Part shown: positions 20,427-28,380 of the stretch, in pieces
Layout of the letters: each line of letters begins with the position of its first letter
Numbering within the stretch: the stretch's first letter is position 1
From: Bacilli bacterium
GTDB lineage: Bacteria; Bacillota_I; Bacilli_A; RFN20; CAG-826
Length of the DNA stretch: 64,000 nucleotides
Reading direction: 5' to 3'
Assembly (NCBI GenBank): GCA_900767605.1
Contig: CAAFZT010000029.1
Span: forward strand, 860-64,859
The notes under the pieces: model-generated
What the model saw: the letters and a program-made list of their open reading frames with translations, nothing else
What the model was told of the DNA's origin: nothing
Databases searched by the model: none
Position numbers and translations under genes: made by a program

Positions 20427-21317
20427 ATGGAAATCGCGGATGCCGTTGAAGAATATTTGCTTTATGTGAGCGTGGAACGCGAAGCTTCCACTTTAAGGTG
20501 CTACCGCGAGGATTTGAAAGTATTTTTCGAAACTTTCCCCGATAAAAAATCCCTTTCTGATTTGAATACGGATGATTTTGACGATTTTGCCGTTGAACAG
20601 GGGATGAAAGAAAGGGCCTCTTCCACGATAGCCCGCCGACTTTCTTGCCTTTATGGTTTCTATCGTTTTCTTTCTCGAAGAGGGTATGTTTCCTTTACCG
20701 TGGATAAAATCACGAGGCCAAAAGGAGAAAAAAGAATTCCTGTCGTCCTAAATTTCGATGAAGTAGAGGCTCTACTTGAGCAGCCTAACGAAGATAGTCC
20801 CTCAGGTGTTCGCGACCGAGCGATGCTCGAAACAATGTATGCAACAGGGCTGCGGGTTAGCGAACTCTGCAATTTGAAATTGTCCAACCTTAACCTCGAA
20901 AACGGCCTAGTGACCGTAGCAAAAGGGAAAGGCGAAAAGCAAAGAACCGTTCCAATCGGTGACTTTGCCATGGGTTATTTAAAAAAATATTTGGGCGGGC
21001 CGAGGAAGCAATTCCTTTCTCGTTCGAAAAAGAAACGTAACGCCTATCTTTTCCTTAACCAAAACGGAGAGGTAATATCTCGTCAATATTTCTTCATGGA
21101 AGTTAAAAAATATGCACTAGAAGCCGGGATCGACAAAAACGTCAGTCCCCACACCTTGCGTCATTGCTTCGCCACACATTTGCTTGAAAATGGAGCTGAT
21201 CTTCGCGCCGTTCAAGAAATGCTTGGCCACGCTCACTTGGAGACTACGGAAATTTACACCCACGTTTCCGAGCGAAGGATTATGGATGCGTATTCTAAAT
21301 ACGGAAGCCGAAAATAG
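20427..21317 (+). CDS. xerD: tyrosine recombinase XerD (RipX-like)
   Basis: 296 aa. Catalytic-region motifs ATGLRVSEL, HTLRHCFATHLLENGADLRAVQEMLGH and the nucleophile Tyr in EIYTHV. The xerD-deoB adjacency matches Bacillus ripX-drm. Confidence 0.85.
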   Translation: MEIADAVEEYLLYVSVEREASTLRCYREDLKVFFETFPDKKSLSDLNTDDFDDFAVEQGMKERASSTIARRLSCLYGFYRFLSRRGYVSFTVDKITRPKGEKRIPVVLNFDEVEALLEQPNEDSPSGVRDRAMLETMYATGLRVSELCNLKLSNLNLENGLVTVAKGKGEKQRTVPIGDFAMGYLKKYLGGPRKQFLSRSKKKRNAYLFLNQNGEVISRQYFFMEVKKYALEAGIDKNVSPHTLRHCFATHLLENGADLRAVQEMLGHAHLETTEIYTHVSERRIMDAYSKYGSRK

Positions 21318-21348
21318 GATATAATTTGTAATGGAGGAAATAAAAAAC

Positions 21349-22554
21349 ATGAGCAAAAAATACCCATTCCAACGAATCTTTCTCATCGTTGCTGACAGTG
21401 CCGGAGTCGGGGAAGAACCCGATGCCGCCGAATTCGGAGATTGCGGTTCCAATACATGGAAACACGCCGCGGAAAGTGTCGGGCAAATTCATGTGCCTTT
21501 CATGGAATCCATGGGCTTAGGCGATTTAGACGATATCCCCGGGGTTTCTAAAGTTGATCACCCCAAGGCTTATTGCTTAACCTGCCGAGAAACGAGTCGT
21601 GGAAAAGACACCATGACGGGTCACTGGGAAATGATGGGCGTCAATACGGTAAAACCGTTCCAAACTTTTACGGAGACGGGCTTCCCAAAAGAATTGATGG
21701 ACGAATTGTCTAAACAAACCGGTCATAAGCTTATTGGAAATTACTCCTCCAGCGGAACGGAGATTTTACGTGTTCTCGGGGAAGAGCAAATGAAAGAAAA
21801 TTCCTTGATCGTTTATACATCCGCGGATAGCGTTCTTCAAATCGCCGCGCACGAAGAAGTTACAGGTTTGCAAGAATTGTATCGGTGCTGTGAAATTGCT
21901 CGTCGCCTTTGCATGAAGCCGGAATGGAAGGTGGGTCGTGTTATCGCTCGTCCTTATGTGGGCACCAACAAAGATGATTTCCGCCGCGTTGGAGGCGACC
22001 GCCACGATTACGCGCTTTCCCCGGAAGAAGATACGGATATGAATATCCTACAGCAAAACGGGTTTACGGTGTCTTGCGTGGGAAAAATCTGCGATATCTT
22101 CAACGGAAAAGGAGTTACGGAAACCCAGCATACCGTCTCCAACGAAGATGGCATGGATAAGACGATTGATCAACTTAAAAATAAAGATTTCACTGGCATT
22201 TGCTTCGTCAATTTGGTGGAATTCGATAGCGAATTTGGCCACCGCAGAAATCCTGTTGGCTATGCTCGTGCCTTGGAAGCCTTTGATAAGAGGGTAGGAG
22301 AATTTATTTCTCATATGCGGGATGATGACTTGCTCATGATTACGGCCGACCACGGCAATGACCCGACCTTCCACGGAACGGACCATACGCGTGAAAAAGT
22401 TCCTTTGCTTATTTATTCCCCTTCCTTCAAGAAAGGCCGTCAATTGGAAGAGGCCCCAACATTTGGAGTGATGGGTGCGACAATTTTGGAAAATTTTGGC
22501 CTTAAGAGGAACAATGACCTTATCGGAGAGTCCCTTAAGGAGATTTTCGAATGA
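21349..22554 (+). CDS. deoB: phosphopentomutase
   Basis: RIFLIVADSAGVGEEPDA, MTGHWEMMG, ITADHGNDPT. ATG at 21349 has GGAGG 11 nt upstream. The ORF is open from 21331. Confidence 0.9.
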   Translation: MSKKYPFQRIFLIVADSAGVGEEPDAAEFGDCGSNTWKHAAESVGQIHVPFMESMGLGDLDDIPGVSKVDHPKAYCLTCRETSRGKDTMTGHWEMMGVNTVKPFQTFTETGFPKELMDELSKQTGHKLIGNYSSSGTEILRVLGEEQMKENSLIVYTSADSVLQIAAHEEVTGLQELYRCCEIARRLCMKPEWKVGRVIARPYVGTNKDDFRRVGGDRHDYALSPEEDTDMNILQQNGFTVSCVGKICDIFNGKGVTETQHTVSNEDGMDKTIDQLKNKDFTGICFVNLVEFDSEFGHRRNPVGYARALEAFDKRVGEFISHMRDDDLLMITADHGNDPTFHGTDHTREKVPLLIYSPSFKKGRQLEEAPTFGVMGATILENFGLKRNNDLIGESLKEIFE

Positions 22555-23561
22555 AAAAGCCTAAGTCTCTATTCGTTCTAGCGTTTGCCAGTTTGCTATT
22601 TTCCTGTGGGGGAGAAGAAAAGATTTCCTACGAATTATCCTGGCTTTCACCTACAGGCTCCCCGACTTTGGCCTTTTATAGCGAAGCGGAAAATTCCAAT
22701 TGGGTTTCTACCTCTACGCCGGCGGCGCTCATTCCTGCCGCGTTTGCTTCCACCTCCTATGATGCGATTGTCTTCGACGGCATTACCGGTTTAAACCTCA
22801 TCGAAAAGCAGCAACGCCCCTATCGCCTTGCCAGTTGGATCAATGAAGGCTCCTTCTATTTGGTTTCCGCTAAATACGATATGGATGGAGCGAAAAATCT
22901 AGAAAATAGGCCTACTATCGATGCTTTTGTTGCTAGTGGCACCGCATCGGTTCTTTTCCGTGACGTCGCAGCGAATACCTTTCAATGGGGGGAATATTCG
23001 AATGGAAGTTCCCCCGATGACAAAATCGTTTATGAGACCGGCGTTGACGTGGTCCAAAAGAATTTGCTTAGCAACCCTGAGGCGTTTGATTTTTATGTCG
23101 TGGCTGAGCCTGCGCTGAGCTTGTTAAAGCAAAAATTCGCCTCTCAGAATAAAACATTGCACGTGATTAGCGATCTTCAAGCAGACTTTGCTACCAATCA
23201 CAACGGAGTTAAGGTACCTGCAGCCGCTATATTTGTTCGTGAACGAACTTATTTAGAACATCCCTCTGAAACGGTGAATTGGCTTAATGATATTCAATTC
23301 AATATTCAATCCGTTCGACTTGGCAATCCCCAAGTTTTGCAAACCCTATCTTCCTATGAAGAAAAGGGAATGTCGTTGACGGAGAGATTTGGATTCCCAT
23401 CTTCGAATTTGGTAAAGCAATTAATTGAGGGTGGGTCTAATAAATTGCATTATTCAAACTGTGGCGTGGATTCGAAATCCTTGCTTGCAATGGCGAATGA
23501 TTTTCAATCGACTTTGGGTCTTCCTGCATTTAGCGAAACAAGCATTTTGAATTGGAGATAA
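22551..23561 (+). CDS. lipoprotein, probable ABC-type substrate-binding protein (NMT1/TauA-like; tentative)
   Basis: Signal peptide with lipobox (LLFSC at residues 15-19). 4-nt overlap with deoB. Followed by an ABC permease. The family call is weak. Confidence 0.55.
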   Translation: MKKPKSLFVLAFASLLFSCGGEEKISYELSWLSPTGSPTLAFYSEAENSNWVSTSTPAALIPAAFASTSYDAIVFDGITGLNLIEKQQRPYRLASWINEGSFYLVSAKYDMDGAKNLENRPTIDAFVASGTASVLFRDVAANTFQWGEYSNGSSPDDKIVYETGVDVVQKNLLSNPEAFDFYVVAEPALSLLKQKFASQNKTLHVISDLQADFATNHNGVKVPAAAIFVRERTYLEHPSETVNWLNDIQFNIQSVRLGNPQVLQTLSSYEEKGMSLTERFGFPSSNLVKQLIEGGSNKLHYSNCGVDSKSLLAMANDFQSTLGLPAFSETSILNWR

Positions 23562-23565
23562 ACTT

Positions 23566-24384
23566 TTGAAGAGAAAAAGCGGTAAAAAAGAATCCGATCG
23601 CATTGTCTATATTCTTATTGGCGTTCTTTTGATTATCGCTGCATGGTTCCTAATTTCCTATTTTTTAAAAAAGAATGGAAATATGGTTTTCCCTTATCCG
23701 CATGAAGCGTTTGGAAAGGCTTTCGTTTTTCTTTTTTCTCCCAAGGAAGCGAAAAAGAATTGGATTGCCATCGGTTGGACTTTATTGCGGTTGCTGATTG
23801 GCTTTTCGATTTCCTATGTCTTGGGAATTGTTTTGGGAACGTTGGCAGCGTGTCACCAAAAGGTAGAACTCATACTAAAACCATGGATAGTTCTAAGTCG
23901 AACTATTCCAACGGCGGCAGCCGTTTTACTTTTTATCGGAATTTTCTTCACCCCTAAATCAAGGAATGCGATCACGTTTATTCCATGCGCTTTGGTCTTT
24001 CTCGTAGCGTTCCCGTTGATTTATGAGTCCGTTCTAAAAGGTTTAAAAAATGATTCGAGCGAATTATTAGAAGCGTTGGATTTGGAATGTGGGAGGAATG
24101 CTGCACCGGCAGTAGCCTATGTCCGTTGGCCTAATGCCGCCCCCTATATCCGTTTGGGTGCGATACAAAGTTTTGGATTATCTGTAAAGGTTCTAATCAT
24201 GTCAGAGATTCTTTGCGCGACCTCTAATTCCAAACCATCCCTGGGCGGATTGATTTCTAATAGTCAGATTAATGGAGAGGTAGAGAATATTATTCCCTAT
24301 AGCCTGATCGCATTGGCGATGGTTGCTTTGGTTGACGTTGCATTAAATCTTGTTTCTTCTAGAATCAAGATAGACGAAGATTAA
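23566..24384 (+). CDS. ABC transporter permease (binding-protein-dependent, NitT/TauT-like)
   Basis: 272 aa with about 6 TM helices. TTG start. The TM layout fits an ABC importer permease; no EAA-loop motif was checked. No ATPase gene is adjacent. Confidence 0.7.
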   Translation: MKRKSGKKESDRIVYILIGVLLIIAAWFLISYFLKKNGNMVFPYPHEAFGKAFVFLFSPKEAKKNWIAIGWTLLRLLIGFSISYVLGIVLGTLAACHQKVELILKPWIVLSRTIPTAAAVLLFIGIFFTPKSRNAITFIPCALVFLVAFPLIYESVLKGLKNDSSELLEALDLECGRNAAPAVAYVRWPNAAPYIRLGAIQSFGLSVKVLIMSEILCATSNSKPSLGGLISNSQINGEVENIIPYSLIALAMVALVDVALNLVSSRIKIDED

Positions 24385-24657
24385 AAAAGATAAAACTGTT
24401 TTGAGGTTAAAATCAAAGCTTATTTTTGGTTTTGGTTTTTCAAGCATTTTATGGCCTTAATCTTATATATAACAAAACGGAAACTATAACTCAGTTTTCA
24501 TAATTATTTATAAATTTAGTCAAAAGACACCGGAGGAAGAATTTGAATCCAGGAACAAATTGGCAATGCCTAAAAAGAGGAAGCAGTACTAGAAAAAAAT
24601 ATTCTGTGTTTTTATGCATGCATGCTGAAAAAACAAATAAAAGTTTAAAATAGGCTA

Positions 24658-24674
24658 TTAGTAGTTATTTAGTA
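24658..24674 (+). repeat. TTAGTA-N5-TTAGTA direct-repeat box, copy 2 (contains ATTAGTAGTT)
   Basis: TTAGTAGTTATTTAGTA, in the AT-rich gap where gene orientation switches. Confidence 0.5.
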
Positions 24675-24779
24675 ATTGTTAAAAAGTGGAAAACTCATCT
24701 ATGATAGAGGTGTTTATTTATAAAGACAAAAAATCTTAATATTTAATAACCTCGATAAATTCATATTATTTATTTTATT

Positions 24780-24807
24780 ACTTAACATAATGGACATTAT
24801 ACGAAGT
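24780..24807 (-). other. dif: dif-like Xer recombination site (11-6-11)
   Basis: The - strand reads ACTTCGTATAA-TGTCCA-TTATGTTAAGT. Against B. subtilis dif (ACTTCCTAGAA-TATATA-TTATGTAAACT) each arm matches 9/11. Against the E. coli XerD arm (TTATGTTAAAT) the match is 10/11. It lies exactly in the gap where gene orientation switches. Confidence 0.75.
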
Positions 24808-24814
24808 TACATAT

Positions 24815-24845
24815 TTTAAAAAATAAAAGCCGCATTTAAGCGGCT
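24815..24845 (-). terminator. rho-independent terminator after rsfS
   Basis: On the - strand: stem AGCCGC / GCGGCT with a 6-nt loop, followed by TTTTATTTTTT. Confidence 0.7.
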
Positions 24846-24861
24846 ATGATTTGTTGACTTT

Positions 24862-25221
24862 TTAATCTTCTTTTTCTTTATTCTGGTTCTTTTCACGAAT
24901 GGATTCGATAAGCTTTTCCAAGGAGATCTTTTCTCTCATTTCCGCTAAGAAAACATGGACGATAACATCTCCGCCTTGGAGAATTACCCAACCGGATTCC
25001 TCTTCGGCATCGGAAACTGGTATTTCGATTCCGTTCTTAAAAAACGCTTCTTCAAGATAGTCAAAGTTTGCTTTTAATGCTCGGACGTTTTGTGCGGTCG
25101 CTAAAACATAATAGGAACAAAACGGATTCAAGTCTTCCACTTCGATGACTTGAATGTTTTCCGCCTTGTGCTCTTCCAATGTATTGACGGCAATTGTTAA
25201 TTCCTTTGGTTGCTCTTTCAT
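24862..25221 (-). CDS. rsfS: ribosome silencing factor RsfS (iojap)
   Basis: 119 aa. CSYYVLATAQNVRALKA and GWVILQGGDVIVHVF fit RsfS. Lies at the end of the yqeG..nadD operon, as in Bacillus. Confidence 0.9.
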   Translation of the reverse strand: MKEQPKELTIAVNTLEEHKAENIQVIEVEDLNPFCSYYVLATAQNVRALKANFDYLEEAFFKNGIEIPVSDAEEESGWVILQGGDVIVHVFLAEMREKISLEKLIESIREKNQNKEKED

Positions 25222-25224
25222 TTT

Positions 25225-26325
25225 TTATTTTCCTCCTAGATACAACTTCATGCAGGCTTCGGTCATGGGGTTATCTATTCGATATCCCTTCCCTTCCAAA
25301 TATATTTTATTCGCCTCCAAGACGCGAATAAATCCTTGGTAGCAATCCTTGATGCAGGCTTTGATTAGTTTGCTGGAATCGTAGCCTCGCAGCGGATCGA
25401 TCTTATCGCTTGAATAAATAATTTTGGCCAAGCGAGTCATATGGGGCTTTCCGGTTGCGTGGCACCGAATCGCATCCAGAATCTCTTCTTGTTCGATTCC
25501 GAACTTTTCTTTGGCGATCTCCGCGCCAATAAACTGATGGTAGGTCCATTCGGGGAATTGAGCCTGTTCAGAAAAGCGTTCTTTCATGAAAGCGATCTCT
25601 GTTTCTTTGGGCACATCCTTCCCGATGTCGTGGAGCATTCCGGCGATATAGGCGAATTTTGGGTTGCGCAAATGATTGCGATAGGCGATTTCGTAAGCCA
25701 AGCGGGCAACGGAAATTGAATGCAGCAAACGATGTGCGGAAAGCATTTTCGAAATATCGTTAATGTAATAAAGGTGTTTTTTCTCAATGTTGTTTCGAAC
25801 GGAAAGGGGGATATCCAAGGAATGCAGCCGGCGAACCTCCGAACTGCTTACCTCCCCCGACTTTTCATACGGCAAGCGCCGCATTCCATATTTTTGTAAT
25901 AAGGTGTCTTGAACATCGATTCCTGTTCGCGGCACGTAAATCGGCGTCGCGAGCTTTGAGATTTCATCCGGGGATTTCCAAGAAGGGAATTGATTGGCTT
26001 CGTCCGCGCCAATAATGAAAAACAATTTCCGCTTCGGGTAACGGTTTTTGAAGTAACGTAACGTGTCGATCCAGTAATGGGGTTCTGGAGTTAGTTCGGA
26101 CTCGAACAAAGAAACAGAAAAGGATGCTGATCCATCTTCCTTTAATGCGTCCTTAAGCATTTCTAAGCGATCTGAAAAACAGGCAATTGGTTTTTTACCT
26201 GGTGGATTTGCATTGGGAATGAAAATCACATCCGCGTTTAACGTTAAGCTTGCTGCCCGTGCGATGCGCAGATGGCCATTATGAATGGGGTCGAATGTTC
26301 CGCCGTAAAGAATTAGAGATTCCAT
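25225..26325 (-). CDS. nadD: fusion protein: nicotinate-nucleotide adenylyltransferase NadD + HD-domain YqeK
   Basis: The N-terminal half has GGTFDPIHNGHL and the ...SSSEVR motif of NadD. The C-terminal half has the HD motif HSISVARLA...GMLHDIGKD...H of YqeK. One uninterrupted 366-aa ORF. Confidence 0.85.
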   Translation of the reverse strand: MESLILYGGTFDPIHNGHLRIARAASLTLNADVIFIPNANPPGKKPIACFSDRLEMLKDALKEDGSASFSVSLFESELTPEPHYWIDTLRYFKNRYPKRKLFFIIGADEANQFPSWKSPDEISKLATPIYVPRTGIDVQDTLLQKYGMRRLPYEKSGEVSSSEVRRLHSLDIPLSVRNNIEKKHLYYINDISKMLSAHRLLHSISVARLAYEIAYRNHLRNPKFAYIAGMLHDIGKDVPKETEIAFMKERFSEQAQFPEWTYHQFIGAEIAKEKFGIEQEEILDAIRCHATGKPHMTRLAKIIYSSDKIDPLRGYDSSKLIKACIKDCYQGFIRVLEANKIYLEGKGYRIDNPMTEACMKLYLGGK

Positions 26326-26336
26326 TCCGAATTGAA

Positions 26337-26636
26337 TTAATCGCGAGTGGGAACAACGATTTTTGGATTCTTTTTCGATTTGCGGTAATAAACCATGACA
26401 CGCCCAATGACTTGGACGAGGTCTGCATCGAGACGCTCCGCCAACTCATCGGCAATTTGTTTTGGTTCGCAGGATGCGTTCTGCAAAATACCGACTTTAA
26501 TTAACTCGCGGGCTTCTAACGCATCGTTTAGTTCGGCTACGAACTTATCGTCCAATCCGCCTTTCCCAATTAAGTAACGATGAGAAATGGGGTTGGCTAA
26601 TTTTTTCAAATAGGCTTTTTGATAGGGTTTTAACAT
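26337..26636 (-). CDS. yhbY: RNA-binding CRM-domain protein YhbY/YqeI
   Basis: 99 aa. LKKLANPISHRYLIGKGGL...ELIKV fits the CRS1/YhbY domain. Confidence 0.85.
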   Translation of the reverse strand: MLKPYQKAYLKKLANPISHRYLIGKGGLDDKFVAELNDALEARELIKVGILQNASCEPKQIADELAERLDADLVQVIGRVMVYYRKSKKNPKIVVPTRD

Positions 26637-26648
26637 AGTAATAAATCC

Positions 26649-27794
26649 TTATTTCTTTACTGGAATTTTCGAACGACTGGTGTAAATCGCGACATCTTTC
26701 GGAACAAAAATTCGGAAGGTTTGTTTCTTTCCACGGAATCCAATCCACCCATATCCTTCGATGCCGATATCCCGGCTGCCCGTTTCGTCTACGACCAATT
26801 CGTAGGCCGCAAGGTCCACAGGTCCCAGCAAAAAAGGGCTTTGCGGGAATAAAAATCCCTTTTGAATCATCTGGAAAAAGTCGGCTTCGGCGTGTTTAGA
26901 ACGGGTTTTGGCTAATTTGACGTTTTTGGAGCCGAAATAGGTGATGGGGGTTTTGTCTCCTTTAACCAATTCGATCCGCGCTAAGCCCCCAATGCAAAGG
27001 GATTCCCCTGCCGATAAAGCAACGATACGCGGTTTTATGGGGTCGGAAGGATAGGCGAGGCGAACTTGGTCTACACTAAGCAGATGCGTCATGGAATTGT
27101 CCGTTGGAGTCCCTGGGGTATCGTAAATAAAGGTCGACGAATCCAAGGGAATTTGCATCACGCGAATCGAGGTTCCTGGGTATTTAGCTGTCACCACGCT
27201 GTTGAACGTGTTGTTCTTGTAGCTCCGCAAAAACGAAGAAAGGAAAAGGGTTTTTCCGGCGTTAGACGCCCCGATGAGATAGACGTCGTGTCCGCGACGC
27301 CTTTTTCCAATTTCCTTGGCAATGGGTGAGATATCGGCCATACCGGTGAGAGAGGTCAAAACGACATCGCTAGCTTCGACGGAAATCTTGGATACCCGGA
27401 AACGGTGGGCAACGTATTCTTTTAATTTTTGGTCATCGGCATCCGCTGGCAAAAGATCTCTTTTATTGGCAATAACGAGAACGGGATTATCGGAAATGAT
27501 ATCGACGACATCCTTGGGAAAGCCGGCTTCGAAACTAAATAAGTCAATGACGCAAACAATTAAGGCGTCGCTAGCACGTGCATCCTTTAACATGGAAAGG
27601 TATTCATCGGAGCAGCCCAGTTCGTGTTTGCTGAAATTGTAACGTTGTTTCGCGTAACAGGAATCGCAAAAAACGACCAAAGCATTGGTGTTTTTGATGA
27701 CTTCCGGGGAGACATAGCCTTCCGCTTCTTTGTCATCGGTTTGGAGGATGGCGCCGCAATTGTAGCAACGGCGCACGATGTTTAATTTGCTCAT
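26649..27794 (-). CDS. yqeH: ribosome biogenesis GTPase YqeH
   Basis: N-terminal zinc ribbon (CYNCG...CDSC). Circularly permuted GTPase motifs (NKRDLL, GASNAGKT, DTPG). ATG at 27794 overlaps the yqeG stop (ATGA). The ORF track extends to 27884. Confidence 0.9.
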   Translation of the reverse strand: MSKLNIVRRCYNCGAILQTDDKEAEGYVSPEVIKNTNALVVFCDSCYAKQRYNFSKHELGCSDEYLSMLKDARASDALIVCVIDLFSFEAGFPKDVVDIISDNPVLVIANKRDLLPADADDQKLKEYVAHRFRVSKISVEASDVVLTSLTGMADISPIAKEIGKRRRGHDVYLIGASNAGKTLFLSSFLRSYKNNTFNSVVTAKYPGTSIRVMQIPLDSSTFIYDTPGTPTDNSMTHLLSVDQVRLAYPSDPIKPRIVALSAGESLCIGGLARIELVKGDKTPITYFGSKNVKLAKTRSKHAEADFFQMIQKGFLFPQSPFLLGPVDLAAYELVVDETGSRDIGIEGYGWIGFRGKKQTFRIFVPKDVAIYTSRSKIPVKK

Positions 27795-28342
27795 GTTTCG
27801 ATCTCCTTCCATTCTTTGATCCAGTGTCTGGCAAACATCTTTTTTCGTTTGGGTTTGTCGAAGAGGCGATTGAATTTGGTCCAAAGGGGTTCATAAGTCC
27901 CGAGAGGTTCCGTCAATAAGACCCGAATTCCTGCGCGATTTCCGCAAAGAACATCGGTTTGGATTTGATCCCCCACCAATAAGACTTCGCTTGGTTTCCA
28001 ACCTTTTTCTTTCATTAGTCGAACTAGAGGACCTTTGAAGGGTTTCTTCATCCATCCACGGGCTTCTAAGCCGGCTTTCTGAGAAACCTCCAAAACTCTT
28101 CCGCCCCTTCCGTTCGAACAAACAACCATTTGAATCCCTTTTTCAGCAAGAACATCCCTATAGGTGATAAGCTCCGGGGTTGGTTCTTTGCTTCCGTAAG
28201 GAATGAGGGTATTGTCCAAATCGCAAAGAAGGACTTTGACCCCGATTCTTTCAAAGAAAGAGGGAGGGACTTCGAATAGCGATTTGGCGTGAGCGAAGGG
28301 AAGCGATTTCTTCATAAAGACATTGTAGGAGGATTTGCTCAT
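27791..28342 (-). CDS. yqeG: HAD-IIIA phosphatase YqeG
   Basis: 183 aa. LLCDLDNTL, VCSNG, VGDQIQTDV. Confidence 0.85.
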   Translation of the reverse strand: MSKSSYNVFMKKSLPFAHAKSLFEVPPSFFERIGVKVLLCDLDNTLIPYGSKEPTPELITYRDVLAEKGIQMVVCSNGRGGRVLEVSQKAGLEARGWMKKPFKGPLVRLMKEKGWKPSEVLLVGDQIQTDVLCGNRAGIRVLLTEPLGTYEPLWTKFNRLFDKPKRKKMFARHWIKEWKEIET

Positions 28343-28380
28343 TCCGTAAATGCGGGCAAGAAAGGAATTTGAATCGATTT

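Noticed and set aside
24777-24810. There are 16-17 nt of identity to the phage P1 loxP site (ACTTCGTATAATGT on the - strand; TATACGAAGTTA on +). This suggested an engineered lox scar or a Cre-type site.
   Set aside because: Only one 13-bp arm matches well (12/13); the other matches 9/13. There is no vector or marker sequence around it. An 11-6-11 dif geometry with Firmicute-like XerC/XerD arms fits better. The resemblance most likely reflects the relatedness of tyrosine-recombinase core sites.
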